The notes beneath the pieces were generated by a model that was given only the letters and a program-made list of their open reading frames with translations, made no database searches and had not been told where the DNA came from. A DNA stretch of 64,000 bases from a cyanobacterium endosymbiont of Rhopalodia gibba (lineage in GTDB: Bacteria > Cyanobacteriota > Cyanobacteriia > Cyanobacteriales > Microcystaceae): contig CP067995.1 of NCBI GenBank assembly GCA_045159875.1, positions 352,001 through 416,000 on the forward strand, given 5' to 3'. Below, piece by piece: positions 11,407 to 23,652 of the stretch (positions are counted from its first letter, which is position 1; every line of letters starts with the position of its first letter). The translations under genes and the position numbers were made by a program.

Positions 11407-12534
11407 CTATTTATGAAATAAGCTACCTAAGAAGTTTTCTAAACCGCCCTTACCATTACTTTTACCTTTAATGTGTGCTAGTTGCTCGAGAAGTTCTCGT
11501 TCTTCCGTATTAATGCGGGTAGGAATTGAGATCTTCACAGTAATTAAGTGATCCCCTCGAATGGAAGAGTTGCCTAATTTAGGAACCCCTCGATCTTCAA
11601 GCATCAGTTCTGTGTTAGGTTGAACCCCGGCTGGAATTTTCAACTCCTGGAGACCGTCAACAGTATTTATCTCGAGCGTACAACCTAGTATCGCTTGTAG
11701 ATAACTGATGGTAATTTCTGAGTGGATATTCATTCCCTCACGAGTGAACTCCTTGTCAGCTTCTACGAACAGGTAGACATAGAGATCACCTGGGGTTCCT
11801 CCTCGCATTCCTGCATCCCCTTCTTTAGCTACCCGTAGACGGGTTCCGTTATCAACACCAGCAGGGATCGTAATTTTGAGTTTTTTTGTTTCTTGTTTAC
11901 GACCACTACCCCCACAAACTTCACATTTTTCTTCAATAACTTCTCCGGACCCATTACAAGTAGGACAGGTGGAGACTTGAGCAAAACTTCCGAAAGGGGT
12001 ACGGGTTGCTCTTCGGACCTGTCCATGCCCGTCACAGGTAGGACAGGTGCGAGATCCAGTTCCTGGTTTAGCTCCGCTACCATTACAAACTTGACAGTTT
12101 TCTAGATGGGGAATGCGGATTTCTTTTTCGCCTCCAAATACTGCCTCACTAAAACCGAGTTTTAAATCAAGTCGGAGATCATCTCCTCTGCTAGGACCAC
12201 CGCCACGACGGGTTGTTCCGGTTCCTACTCCACCACCAAAACCACTAAAGATAGTTTCAAAAATATCAGCGAAGCCCCCCATGTCACCATAGTCAAACCC
12301 GGAGGCTCCAGCACTATTGACTCCGGCTTCTCCAAATTGATCGTATTTGGCACGAGTCTCTGATTCTGATAGGACTTCGTAAGCGCGGTTAATCTCTTTG
12401 AAACGTTCTTCTGCTACCGATTCTTTATTGATGTCGGGATGGTATTGGCGGGCTAGACGGCGATAGGCACGTTTAATTTCTTCTTTCTTGGCATTACGGG
12501 AGACACCAAGGATTTCGTAGTAGTCACCTGACAT
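11407..12534 (-). CDS. dnaJ: Molecular chaperone DnaJ (type I)
   Basis: J domain with HPD, G/F-rich region and four CxxCxGxG repeats. Confidence 0.98.
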   Translation of the reverse strand: MSGDYYEILGVSRNAKKEEIKRAYRRLARQYHPDINKESVAEERFKEINRAYEVLSESETRAKYDQFGEAGVNSAGASGFDYGDMGGFADIFETIFSGFGGGVGTGTTRRGGGPSRGDDLRLDLKLGFSEAVFGGEKEIRIPHLENCQVCNGSGAKPGTGSRTCPTCDGHGQVRRATRTPFGSFAQVSTCPTCNGSGEVIEEKCEVCGGSGRKQETKKLKITIPAGVDNGTRLRVAKEGDAGMRGGTPGDLYVYLFVEADKEFTREGMNIHSEITISYLQAILGCTLEINTVDGLQELKIPAGVQPNTELMLEDRGVPKLGNSSIRGDHLITVKISIPTRINTEERELLEQLAHIKGKSNGKGGLENFLGSLFHK

Positions 12535-12785
12535 AGGGCATTGATCGTAATTATTGGGCTATTGGGTTTAGAGATAAGCTTGATTTTTACTTTAGCAAAC
12601 TATCGGCAAGAAAACATCATCAGGTTTTGTTCTTCCGGTTTTAAGGGTCTGCGGGTTGAAGATTCAGAGTTTTGTTTTTTGACTCCTTACACACATCACT
12701 TTAATGTTTTGTTAGTGAAAATTTTGAACAATTGATTTGTTATAACACCAAAAGCATATGGAGTAAGCAAAAAAATCTTATCAGT

Positions 12786-15248
12786 TCACTTTCCCTGAGG
12801 TTCTAAAGCAGCTTTAGGATACACAATTCTTTGATGATGGAATTGCTGCCAAACCTTAACAAACACCTCAGCAATGATAGGTAGCTCCTCATATTTAATT
12901 CCTGAATCCTTCAATTGATTATCTCGCCATCGAGCTTTAAAAATTTTATGAATCATGGCCAAAGCGGTTTCCGGGGTAGTTTCTTTCAAAGATCGTAACG
13001 CTGCTTCACAGCCATCGGCCAACATCACAATCCCCGTTTCTCGTGACTGAGGAATGGGACCTTTATAGCGAAACTCTTCTTCACAAATTAGTTTTTCTCC
13101 GTCTTTTTCTGCCTGTTGTTTAGCCTGATAATAGAAATACGAAATTAACAACTTTCCTTGGTGTTCAGGAATAAAATTCCGAATCACTCGTGGCAAACCA
13201 TACTTACGAGCCATGATTAACCCTTCGGTAACGTGCTTTTTTATGATTTCCACACTTTGCCAAGGATCATTGATTTCATCGTGTTTATTAGGCGCACCCA
13301 TTTGATTTTCAATGAATCCCAAAGGGTCGTGCATTTTCCCAATGTCATGATATAGAGTTCCCGTCCTTACCAACTCGACATTACAATGAAGTTCTCTAGC
13401 GGCTGCTTCGGCCAAACAAGCCACAAATAGAGTATGTTGAAACGTTCCGGGCGTTTCGGTCGATAAGCGTTTGAGCAAAGGACAATTAGGGTTAGCCAAT
13501 TCTACTAACCGAATGGGAGTCACCAAATCAAACAAACGTTCTAGATAAGGAGAAATTCCTAAAGCCATGACACTCCAAAGAAACCCAGATAGACCATAAA
13601 TAATTGCTCCTGGCAACACTGCTGACCAAATTGTCCCCGCCACTGGTGCGATAATTAAGTAAATGGGAAAGTAAAGGCCTCCTTGAACCATGCCCACCCC
13701 TCCCCCTAAACGGGCTAATTCATCTCGTGAACGGAGTCGTCCAGCCATTAACCCGGCCAATAAACCTCCTGCAGTTCCTGCTAAAACATAACTCCAATTT
13801 ACTGTTCCTGCAGTAAATGTCGATAAACCACTTAACAATAAAACTTGAGTAACTGCTAACGTAGGGCCATAGAAACTACTTGTTAATAATCCAATAGCCG
13901 GCAAATTAGTATAACCTAGGTTAAAAATTGCCAGAAAGGGAGTACTTAAACTTAATAAACAGAGTAAAAAATGATCGCGGCGACGCATCGGACGATGAAC
14001 ATGACGAGTCACCATGCAAAAAACTGTTACTCCTCCTGCTACTAGAATCACAGAAATCCCTAATCCTAACCAATTGATGCCCCGGCGACTTAACCCAAAG
14101 CTGTCGAGTAAGATAAAATCTGCTTGGCTGATCGTTTCATTGGCTTTGACAATGACATCTCCCTGTTGAATTTCAACAATTACCGGTTCTACGGCTTGAG
14201 CCGCTTGTTCAGCTTGTCTTTTAGTTTCTTCTCTATCTACCGTTAAATTATGTCGATTTTGAAATACAGACATGAGCAGTTTTTGCCCCATTATCTTGCT
14301 AGAAAAAGGTATTGACGGATCAAATTGTATTTTAAGAATATCTTGCAAAAGATTATTGGGCATTCCGGCTGGAATCCCTTGAATCAAAATTTTTTCAGTG
14401 GTGTTGAGTAGTGCTTTTTGAGTATTTTTCCAAGTAGACTCATCTAAATTGAGAAAGGCAACAGCTATTTCTAGTGATAAGTAAGGACTTTTAACACCAG
14501 CTAAAATTGATTTAGCCTTACTATACCGTTGACGAGCCTGGCTCATCTTTTCTAAAAAAGTTTGGAACTCTGTTCCTGTAGTAGTTTGCCGATAGTCTTT
14601 TAGCTCAGTTAAGATTTTTTTAAAATCGGGGGATAATTCGGATATTTTTTCAGAGAAGTTGTCAATATCATTAGGAATTAACTGGGCTTGAGCCACATTT
14701 AAAACTTTTTGCCAATCTTGTTCAGAAAAAGATCGTAAATTTTGTTGGGTGGGCAAGGGAAGCTGTTGAACACTAGCTACAGGAAAAGGATTACTTATGT
14801 TTCGTAATTGTTGCATACTAACTAGCGCTTCCTTCACAGTCAATTCCAACTGACTGGTTAATTTGACATCCCGTTGCAATACAGGAATGATCCCAGTTCG
14901 AACTTCTTTTCGTTTTTCCTCAGTAGTTTTGAGATCTTCAAAAGTTCCGTCCTCAGGAGCAATAATAGTTACTGGAGAAATAGTTCCTACAGCTAGTTTT
15001 GGTTGATTGTAGAAACGATAACTAATTACACTAGTCAAGGATATAATCGCTAATCCCCACATCATGGGTGGGTGAATTTTTCTCAAGGATGATGAGCTAT
15101 GCAATTTTTGAAAAAAATTAGGAGCATGGTTTGACTGAGACTTGTGGGGCATAGGTGAAGCATCAATGTTCCTAAAAAGCGAAAACCTAAAATTTTGGTA
15201 GTTTTTACGCCATTTATCTAGGCTTTGGGTTAAATGAAGCTTTTTCAT
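12786..15248 (-). CDS. 7TM-HD family phosphohydrolase (PgpH-like, putative c-di-AMP phosphodiesterase)
   Basis: N-terminal TM, large extracytoplasmic domain, multi-TM block, then PGTFQH, YHDIGK and MLADGCEAA of the HDIG domain. Confidence 0.88.
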   Translation of the reverse strand: MKKLHLTQSLDKWRKNYQNFRFSLFRNIDASPMPHKSQSNHAPNFFQKLHSSSSLRKIHPPMMWGLAIISLTSVISYRFYNQPKLAVGTISPVTIIAPEDGTFEDLKTTEEKRKEVRTGIIPVLQRDVKLTSQLELTVKEALVSMQQLRNISNPFPVASVQQLPLPTQQNLRSFSEQDWQKVLNVAQAQLIPNDIDNFSEKISELSPDFKKILTELKDYRQTTTGTEFQTFLEKMSQARQRYSKAKSILAGVKSPYLSLEIAVAFLNLDESTWKNTQKALLNTTEKILIQGIPAGMPNNLLQDILKIQFDPSIPFSSKIMGQKLLMSVFQNRHNLTVDREETKRQAEQAAQAVEPVIVEIQQGDVIVKANETISQADFILLDSFGLSRRGINWLGLGISVILVAGGVTVFCMVTRHVHRPMRRRDHFLLCLLSLSTPFLAIFNLGYTNLPAIGLLTSSFYGPTLAVTQVLLLSGLSTFTAGTVNWSYVLAGTAGGLLAGLMAGRLRSRDELARLGGGVGMVQGGLYFPIYLIIAPVAGTIWSAVLPGAIIYGLSGFLWSVMALGISPYLERLFDLVTPIRLVELANPNCPLLKRLSTETPGTFQHTLFVACLAEAAARELHCNVELVRTGTLYHDIGKMHDPLGFIENQMGAPNKHDEINDPWQSVEIIKKHVTEGLIMARKYGLPRVIRNFIPEHQGKLLISYFYYQAKQQAEKDGEKLICEEEFRYKGPIPQSRETGIVMLADGCEAALRSLKETTPETALAMIHKIFKARWRDNQLKDSGIKYEELPIIAEVFVKVWQQFHHQRIVYPKAALEPQGK

Positions 15249-15614
15249 CGTATGTGAGGTCGCTGAAAAGATATTAGGAGCGTAATAGAGAGCCCTAAGA
15301 AATACGCCACTAAATTAAACTAGGGTAGATCTATCTTGAAATTCGGCCATGACAAAACAATCTCAATTGAATCACCGACGTCTTTAACTACTTTACTGTT
15401 TCTCTCTGGAAATGGATTTAGTTTTAGGTATTATGACTCTTCTAGAATAGTTGTAAAAAAATTACACATAGACAAAGGATAAAGGTCTCACTTTGCAAGG
15501 CTTCTAAGATTCCAAAAACTTTATTTTTATCATAGATTGGGTTTTTGGAGTTATAGAATTTAATTGGGTTAAGATTCTTGGAAGTTATTAGCTACTAGTT
15601 TATTATAGTCTTCT

Positions 15615-16528
15615 TTAGAAGGTCCAATATTCTTTTTGGGAAACGAGTTTCACAAATGAGCGTTTTTGCCTGACCCAAGGCGAGTTAACAACACTAATGT
15701 TAAAGTTTGGCTTAACTTTACTTTGAGAGTTGCTCCCAGTCCACATTGCCCATAGGCTAGGAATGATGTGGTTTATTAATTGACTGTTTCCTTTTCTTCT
15801 TAAAGCTAACTGCCAGTGGGGGGGAATACCGAAACAAAACAACTTTTGTATGCTCCGGCTAATGCTTTTACTAAGGCGGCGGTAACAACTTAAAATTGGG
15901 TTAGAGTGGGTCTAAGAACCGCAACTAAAAAATTTTCTGGTGTAACTGTAAAACAATAAATTGCTAAGGGTAAAGCTGATTATTTTAAAAGTATTGGTTG
16001 ATGAAAATAGTCAGTTACTTGTTTTAGGAGAGTTCTTAGTTGCAATAAAAACTCTGCTTGTTTTAAGGAGTCTCTCAAGCGAGAATTAGATTAGTTACAA
16101 TAATAGATTAGTTGTCAAGAAAGTATGTTCTTAATCTCGAGGTTTTCTGTCAAAATAAAGGCAAGTAATTCTCCCCAACCCATCATTTCTTGTAGTGTTT
16201 CTGGAGATAGTTGCCATTTAACAACTAAGTAAGCTATGTAATTACTCCCCTAATAGACTAAGAGGGTCATGGAAAAAGACCATCATAACGTCCCCAATAC
16301 AAGTCTCCTTGTGTTAGGTGACTTACAATTCTTTGTGAGAAAAGATTGCTCACCGGTAATGGCTTACCAATCTTCAGGTGATAGCCTTCCCTTTTTGGTT
16401 AACCGTTTTGTTATTGCTTTACTTAGAAAAAGCAACCAGGGATGTAATGAGAAAGTATGGCTAATATTTACACCAATTAAACTCCCCATAAAGGTTCCTT
16501 GAAAGCGATTTAAGAGTGAGTAAAGCAT
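15615..16528 (-). pseudogene. ADP-ribosylglycohydrolase family pseudogene
   Basis: Fragments MLYSLLNRFQGTFMGSLIG...*, ...LAIYCFTVTPENFLVAVLR...TAALVKALAGAY and GIPPHWQL...LWAMWTG...VVNSPWVRQKR fall in the expected order but are broken by stops and frameshifts. Confidence 0.75.
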
Positions 16529-16920
16529 TTTTCGATAATTGATTAATAAACTATGAATATTCAACTAATTACACTATTTGAGTATATTGAATGATAAACC
16601 TATCTTAGGTTAGACTATCGATATAGATAGATTTTTTCGGAACTTCCTAAAGCGTGATTTCAATAGCTCACGGGGTGAAGAAAAGATTAAATTGTAGGTG
16701 TAAATGAAGATGAGGTGCGGTGCGGTGTATAAGGTGTAGTAGCAATATCTCCAACTTCAAAAAAATAAATTGAGGGCAAAGATAGTTGCTAATAAATAGA
16801 AGCCTAAATCTTGAGCTTTAAGAATCACCGTGTTTAAGGAAGATGAGGATATAAAACTAGACATAATAAGACCCAAGAACATCACTTTAGATCGGTACAT
16901 TGGGTCTGTTAGTCCTATAA

Positions 16921-17220
16921 TTAGCAAAAGTCAGTCGCTTTTTCGGGATTAACAACTTGTTCTTTAAACACTTTCCCCGCAGAGAAAGCAGGAACGGTGG
17001 TAGCAGGAATGGTGATAGATTGTCCAGTTTGAGGATTCATCCCTTTGCGCTCTTTGCGATCTCTTGGTTCAAAGGTTCCAAACCCAACTAAGACAACTTT
17101 ATCTCCTGAAGCGACGGTTTCCATGATGGTTTCTGTGAGTGCATCCAGAATATGACTCGTATCTTTTTTGGTCATACGAGTTTTGGCAGCGATCATGTTG
17201 ACTAGATCTTCTTTATTCAT
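16921..17220 (-). CDS. hup: DNA-binding protein HU
   Basis: MNKEDLV..., LVGFGTFE, RKGMNPQTG and VPAFSAGK motifs. Confidence 0.97.
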   Translation of the reverse strand: MNKEDLVNMIAAKTRMTKKDTSHILDALTETIMETVASGDKVVLVGFGTFEPRDRKERKGMNPQTGQSITIPATTVPAFSAGKVFKEQVVNPEKATDFC

Positions 17221-17428
17221 CGTTCCTTTGTTGACAATTCTGACTGAGGCTGATTATAACTGAATAATTGCTCTGAGATCACAATATAAAGGATAAAAAC
17301 AACGTTCTTACCTTTCCCTAGTTGTCTCGGTTTATGGTTGATTTATAGCTTTTCATCCCATTAAACTCTATAGAGAGATGTTTTCACTTAACTATCATAA
17401 ATCATAATTTTTCTCAAAAACTTGGACC

Positions 17429-19051
17429 TTAACTCAGTTGAATACCTACTCCTATAGGAGCAATAGTAGTCAATTCTAATTCTGGCTTATTCTCTTGAAC
17501 TTGTTGTAAATTCCACTCGTTTTTAAAAAGTAATACGGGACGACTCCAATTATCTTTGACAACAAGAGCATTAAAAATCCTTCCAGCTTTTTCTAGGGCT
17601 TTCCATCCTTCGGTTACCCAGCGGGCTATACTATAGGGAAGAGGTTCTAATTGAGTTTCTACCCCATATTCACTGAGCATCCGAAACTGGACGACTTCAA
17701 ATTGTAATTGTCCTACGGCAGCTAAGATCGGATCTCTTTTAAAGTCATCGGTGGAATACATAATTTGGATCGCCCCTTCTTCGCGTAATTCTTGAATGCC
17801 TTTTTGGAATTGCTTAAATTTAGAGGGGTTAGGATTTTTAAGGTAAGCGAATATTTCCGGAGAAAAACAAGGTATTCCTTCATATTCTAATTTTCTGCCA
17901 TTATAAATTGTGTCCCCAATAGCAAACACTCCTGGATTATTCAACCCAATAACATCTCCACTATAAGCTTCTTCGATAGAAGATCGATCTTGTGCAAATA
18001 ATTTCTGAGGACGAGACAGACGTACGGTTTTTCCCGTCCTAGCATGGCTGACGGTCATATCTTTCTGAAACTTTCCTGTACAGACTCGTACAAAGGCCAC
18101 ACGGTCACGGTGTTTTGGGTCCAAATTGGCTTGTAATTTAAATACAAATCCACTAAATTCAGGATGGGTGGGCTCTACCACTCCTACAGAAGAATTCCGT
18201 CCTTCAGGTTTTAGGGCGTATTCTAGGAACGCTTCAAGAAATAATTGCACTCCAAAGTTAGTCATGGCCGAGCCAAAGAATACAGGAGTCATTTGGCCGC
18301 AATGGAGTGTTTCCAAGTCGAGATCGGCTCCTAATTCTTCAAGGATTTCTAATTCTTCTTTGAGCTGATAATAAAGCTCCTGGTCAAGATGTTCTTTAAC
18401 TTTAGGGTCACTAAGCTTAATGGCAGTTTCCTGAGCACGTTGGCTACCGTGTGCGCGACGTTGAAATAGGTGTATAGTTTGTTGACGACGGTCAAAGACC
18501 CCTCGGAAAAGATCGCCGGTTCCAATCGGCCAGTTCACGGCGTAGGTTTGCAGTCCTAATTCCTGTTCAATCTCATCGAGCAATTCCAGCGGGTCTCTTG
18601 TGGGGCGGTCAAGTTTATTGATAAAAGTGAAAATGGGAAGTCCACGCAAACGACAGACTTCAAATAGTTTACGGGTTTGAGGTTCTAACCCTTTTGCTGC
18701 GTCAATCAACATGACAGCATTATCGGCTGCCGCTAGAGTACGATAGGTATCCTCACTAAAATCTTGATGACCTGGAGTATCTAGTAGATTAATCTGAAAG
18801 TCTCCATACTCAAATTGTAAGACAGTAGAGGTAATTGAAATTCCTCTCTGTTTTTCCATTTCCATCCAATCAGAGGTAGCTTTACGTTGGTCTCGTCTAG
18901 CTTTGACCGCTCCTGCTTGGTGAATTGCCCCTCCGTACAGTAGAAGTTTTTCGGTGAGGGTAGTTTTGCCTGCATCAGGGTGGGAAATGATAGCAAAGTT
19001 ACGTCGTTTTTCTACGGCTTTTTCGATTTCTTTTTGAATTTCGCTGGACAT
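17429..19051 (-). CDS. prfC: Peptide chain release factor 3
   Basis: [50 protein letters not shown] and [10 protein letters not shown] motifs. Confidence 0.99.
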   Translation of the reverse strand: MSSEIQKEIEKAVEKRRNFAIISHPDAGKTTLTEKLLLYGGAIHQAGAVKARRDQRKATSDWMEMEKQRGISITSTVLQFEYGDFQINLLDTPGHQDFSEDTYRTLAAADNAVMLIDAAKGLEPQTRKLFEVCRLRGLPIFTFINKLDRPTRDPLELLDEIEQELGLQTYAVNWPIGTGDLFRGVFDRRQQTIHLFQRRAHGSQRAQETAIKLSDPKVKEHLDQELYYQLKEELEILEELGADLDLETLHCGQMTPVFFGSAMTNFGVQLFLEAFLEYALKPEGRNSSVGVVEPTHPEFSGFVFKLQANLDPKHRDRVAFVRVCTGKFQKDMTVSHARTGKTVRLSRPQKLFAQDRSSIEEAYSGDVIGLNNPGVFAIGDTIYNGRKLEYEGIPCFSPEIFAYLKNPNPSKFKQFQKGIQELREEGAIQIMYSTDDFKRDPILAAVGQLQFEVVQFRMLSEYGVETQLEPLPYSIARWVTEGWKALEKAGRIFNALVVKDNWSRPVLLFKNEWNLQQVQENKPELELTTIAPIGVGIQLS

Positions 19052-20034
19052 TCTTTAGGGGAGTCTCTTGATCTAAGATTATCAATCCTTATCCCTCATG
19101 ATATAACCTCCTCTAAAAAGCCGGTAGTCAAGGTTAACAGTTATTGACTTATCTCACCAATTAACAATGCAACTTAACAGAATTATTAGTCATGATTTTC
19201 TATGTTTAAAATGTATGAATTACTAAACTTAAAGTATTAATTTTTGATGTTGATGAAGCTTTAGCATAATCTGAAAGAGATGATTGTAGAGTAGTTTTTG
19301 ATTAAATTTTTATTTATGTTAATTCAGATTGGTGTTGATTAGAGTCTTTATTCATAAAATTTTCCACAACGCCGCCCAGATTTAACTAACAATTTAGAGC
19401 TATTTATATCTGTTAATTTTTTAATTTTAAGTAGTAAAAATTAATTTTTATAAACAATTATTATTGGAAATATAAATTTTATCAGGAATAAAAAAAATTA
19501 ATTCTTGAAACTCAGTAAAAAAGCTTGATATCAAAAAAATAAAATAGTGTTTATTGCTATCAATTGCTACTAAAATAACTTTATTTTTTTAGGATAAATA
19601 TTAATTTTTTATTTCAATAAATTACTGTAAAAAATATTATTTTATGTCAAAAATAAGCCAGTAATATCTATATACAATAGTCTTATTTTTGAAGTTTTTT
19701 TAAAATGACAAGTAGCTACTTAAATCAAACAAACTTAAAGCTTATTAAAATATTTAACAGGTATTTAATTAATCTCACCTATTAACCAGCATTTAAATAA
19801 TAGTTGGTAGTTTGATCAACTCAGAATATATTTTTAAGTTATCGATAAAGATTAATTATAAACACTATTCATATTTTATAGAATCAAGTATTATCTGATA
19901 TTGTAAGACAGAATATTTTTAATAAGTTTAACTACTTGATTTAGGTAATTTTAGCGTTTTTATAAAAAATTACAGCAAAGTATATCTAAAGCTCAGGTCG
20001 GTAATTTGTTATACTTACTTGTTGCTCAAGCAAA

Positions 20035-20090
20035 TCAAGATAACTTAATACTTAATACTTAATACTTAATACTTCATTAAGTTATCTTGA
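20035..20090. repeat. Perfect 15-bp inverted repeat enclosing a heptamer tandem array (ACTTAAT x4)
   Basis: tcaagataacttaat ... attaagttatcttga, with acttaat repeated through the left arm and loop. Confidence 0.9.
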
Positions 20091-20506
20091 AAATTTACAT
20101 CTATAGAAGTAGATAAATAAGTGTTTACAAATAAACGTTAAGTTCAAGATTTTTGTAAAAAATTAAATATTTCTTTGTTTATTCTATTAAGTTTTTTCTC
20201 ATCCTCTCAGAAAAATTTTTAAAGATACTTGATATATTCTTTGTTTCTCTTCTTAAAGAACTACATAATTATTATGTTGATCAAATAAACACTCTATAAA
20301 TTATTATTTATTTTTTTAAATAGATTAATTTAATCTAATTTGTTTTTTTATAAAAAAATTTTTTCAAATTATAAGTTAGCCTTAAAGTCTTTTAAAAATT
20401 AGTTTATTTGCTTTTTAAGCAAGCTATGATTTAATAATTGCTATTCTTGAATTGTTTCTATAGTTTATTTTCTTCAAGAAGACTAATTTGTGCGATAATT
20501 TGCTAT

Positions 20507-20549
20507 TAAACTAACTGTATTTTTAACTTTAAAAACTACAGTTAGTTTA
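20507..20549. repeat. Inverted repeat, 13-bp perfect outer arms plus bulged inner stem
   Basis: taaactaactgta / tacagttagttta. Confidence 0.75.
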
Positions 20550-21410
20550 GATTAAGTATAAGTCTAAAATAAATAACTGGCTTCTACTTCTATCTTTATA
20601 ATTAATTTTGTATAACGGTAAAGATAGCAATTATAATTTATTATTTTTTTCAAAAAACTACCAGTCATCCAAAAAAACATATGTTATTTTCGTAATGGTA
20701 TTGAGGCTTAAAATACTGCAAAAAATTGTATTATTGTTCTTGTCAATATTACAAAAATCTTTCTGAGACTAAATTCATATAATAGCAACCGGAAGAAAAA
20801 TTTATATCTAACTGATGAAGGTGAATATAAAGTGCAACGACATTCTTTTATTTTCTCGAGCAATAACTTTTACTTATGACTGTGTTCCAAAATTCTAAAA
20901 CAGGACTGTCGACCTTTATTTATTATGCTGTTGTCACAGCTGGTCTAGAAGAGATACAAAAAACTTCAATTTAGTTCTTCTAAATTAGTAATTAAGTTTT
21001 AGGAAAGACATAGTTTTTGACCGAACAAACTTATTTTATCTAAGAATGCGGTGAGAATTCCCTACTTTTTTGTTTTAATCTTTGTGCTTCCTTAGTGAGA
21101 CTTTTCTCTATTTTTTGTTGACTTATCCCCACCTATATTGACTGATTAAGGTTTAGGAATAACTACTAGACATTGATGTCAAGATATGTGAAGTTTTACA
21201 CAGGTCTTTGACTTCTAGAATATCTCCCCTTAACCGTTACCGATTCCCTTAAACTCCTCAGACGGTTTAACGGAAGACCTCTCACAACATTGAGATAGAA
21301 TATTGTCAGTGAGACACTGTGGCCGGTGGCACGCTTTCAGCGTACGCGGTCAACTCTCGAAGAAACAAAGACTCAAGACTTAATTGGAGTAGCTGGAGAA
21401 AAACAGAGGC

Positions 21411-23570
21411 ATGGGAAAAGTAGTCGGCATTGACCTGGGGACAACTAACTCTGTGGTAGCCGTCATGGAAGGCGGAAAGCCAGTAGTGATAGCTAGTTCA
21501 GAAGGGATGCGGACAACCCCTTCAGTAGTGGGTTTTAATAAAGATGGAGAATTGGTCGTTGGGCAATTGGCTAGAAGACAGGCTGTTCTCAACCCTCAAA
21601 ACACCTTTTTTGGAGTAAAACGGTTTATGGGTCGTCGATATGACGAGCTCGAATCTGAATCGAAACAAGTTCCCTATACCATTCGTCGAGACGACAACGA
21701 TAATATCAAAATTCGCTGTCCTCGCCTCAGAAAAGAATTTGCCCCCGAAGAAATCTCTGCGATGATTCTACGGAAATTAGCAGAGGAAGCTGAACGTTAT
21801 TTAGGAGAACTGGTCACAGGAGCAGTGATTACCGTTCCGGCTTATTTTAATGACTCTCAACGTCAAGCGACTAAAAATGCTGGGCGCATTGCTGGCTTAG
21901 AAGTTCACCGTATCCTCAATGAACCGACGGCGGCCTCTTTAGCCTACGGGTTGGATAAACAGCGATCGCAAAAAATCTTAGTCTTTGACTTAGGAGGAGG
22001 AACTTTTGATGTCTCTGTCCTCGAAGTGGGGGATGGAGTACTCGAAGTTAGAGCAACTAGTGGGGATACTCAATTAGGAGGCAATGACTTTGATAAACGT
22101 ATTGTCGACTGGTTAACCGAGAAATTTGTTGAACAAGAAGGAGTGGACCTCTGCAAGGATAGACAAGCATTGCAACGCCTAACAGAAGCCGCAGAAAAGG
22201 CCAAAATTGAACTGTCAGGGGTTAGTGCAACCGACATTAATCTACCCTTTATCACCGCCACTGAAGATGGTCCTAAACACATTGAAACCCGTTTGACTCG
22301 CTCTGAATTTGAAGCTCTTTGTGGAGACTTAGTAAGTCGTCTCCGTCGTCCTATAAAACGTGCCCTCAATGATGCACAGTTAACCCCTGTTCAAATCGAT
22401 GAGGTGGTATTAGTTGGGGGGGCAACTCGAATGCCCATGATTAAAGGGTTGGTACGAAGTTTTATTGATAAAGAACCTAACGAAAATGTTAACCCTGATG
22501 AAGTGGTGGCAGTAGGAGCAGCCATTCAATCAGGCATTTTGGAGGGGCAAGTTAAGAACATCTTGCTACTTGATGTGACTCCTCTATCTTTAGGGTTAGA
22601 AACCATCGGTGGTGTTGCTAAAAAATTAATTCCTCGTAACACTACAATTCCGGTCAGACGTTCGGATACCTTTTCTACTGGAGAAAATAATCAGACCATG
22701 GTGGAAATTCATGTAGTTCAAGGAGAACGGGAAATGGCTAAGGATAATAAATCTTTGGGAAGGTTTAAATTAAGTGGGATTCCACCAGCCGCTAGAGGAA
22801 TTCCCCAAATTCAAGTGGCATTTGATATTGATGCTAATGGAATTTTACAGGTGATGGCCCGTGATCGTACCACCGGACGGGAACAAACAATTACCGTTCA
22901 AGGAACTTCCACTCTCAATGATGCAGAAGTTAATAGAATGATTCAAGAAGCAGCCCAATTTGCTGAAGGCGATCGCCAACGACGGGAACGAGTGGAAAAA
23001 CGCAATCGTGCTAAAGCCTTAACCGATCAAGCATTACGGCGACTTAAGGAAGTTACTCTCGATTTCGGGACTCAATTTACCAGTTCCTATCGCCGTCAAA
23101 TTGAGTCTTTAAATGCTGAAATTATTGATAGTCTTAATAAAGACGATGAACGCCGTCTTGATCGCGCCCAAGCTGATCTGCAAGATGTACTCTATGAACT
23201 TAACCGAGAAGTTCGTCTACAATATGACGAGGAAGATGAGGGCTTTTTAAACTCCATTCGTAAGACATTGACAGGAAAACCTGAAGATGATCTTCCCCAT
23301 ACTCCCCGTCGTCGAACCACCTATCGAGATGATCATGGTTCTTCTCGTTATGATGAACGTCAAGACTATCGAGCACCCCGCTACGATAACTATGACGATT
23401 ATGAAAATTGGAGGGCAAATCGTTCCTATCGTTCTCCATCGAGTCATAAGCCATTCCCGTCAGATAAACGATATCCTAAAACTGAGTCCGAAAGATATTA
23501 TGCCCGCGATAAGTCTCATCTTATTCCTGCTGAGAATAATTGGGACGAAGAGGACGATGATTGGTTCTAA
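21411..23570 (+). CDS. dnaK: Molecular chaperone DnaK (cyanobacterial DnaK3 type)
   Basis: [17 protein letters not shown] and VLVGGATR Hsp70 motifs. Extended charged C-terminus ending WDEEDDDWF, as in DnaK3, followed by its cognate dnaJ. Confidence 0.97.
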   Translation: MGKVVGIDLGTTNSVVAVMEGGKPVVIASSEGMRTTPSVVGFNKDGELVVGQLARRQAVLNPQNTFFGVKRFMGRRYDELESESKQVPYTIRRDDNDNIKIRCPRLRKEFAPEEISAMILRKLAEEAERYLGELVTGAVITVPAYFNDSQRQATKNAGRIAGLEVHRILNEPTAASLAYGLDKQRSQKILVFDLGGGTFDVSVLEVGDGVLEVRATSGDTQLGGNDFDKRIVDWLTEKFVEQEGVDLCKDRQALQRLTEAAEKAKIELSGVSATDINLPFITATEDGPKHIETRLTRSEFEALCGDLVSRLRRPIKRALNDAQLTPVQIDEVVLVGGATRMPMIKGLVRSFIDKEPNENVNPDEVVAVGAAIQSGILEGQVKNILLLDVTPLSLGLETIGGVAKKLIPRNTTIPVRRSDTFSTGENNQTMVEIHVVQGEREMAKDNKSLGRFKLSGIPPAARGIPQIQVAFDIDANGILQVMARDRTTGREQTITVQGTSTLNDAEVNRMIQEAAQFAEGDRQRRERVEKRNRAKALTDQALRRLKEVTLDFGTQFTSSYRRQIESLNAEIIDSLNKDDERRLDRAQADLQDVLYELNREVRLQYDEEDEGFLNSIRKTLTGKPEDDLPHTPRRRTTYRDDHGSSRYDERQDYRAPRYDNYDDYENWRANRSYRSPSSHKPFPSDKRYPKTESERYYARDKSHLIPAENNWDEEDDDWF

Positions 23571-23652
23571 ATTGGTCGATAAGTCATTCGCTACTGAGTT
23601 TTTTTTGAACTTAACTGTTTAATGCCTACCGTATTTATTGATAACTGATTAT

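Noticed and set aside
16269..16502. 77-aa plus-strand ORF
   Set aside because: Antisense shadow of the ADP-ribosylglycohydrolase pseudogene.
19052..21410. Possible CRISPR array or oriC in the long AT-rich tract
   Set aside because: No regularly spaced repeats with unique spacers, no cas genes and no DnaA-box cluster seen.
21180..21410. CIRCE element upstream of dnaK
   Set aside because: TTAGCACTC-N9-GAGTGCTAA is not present.
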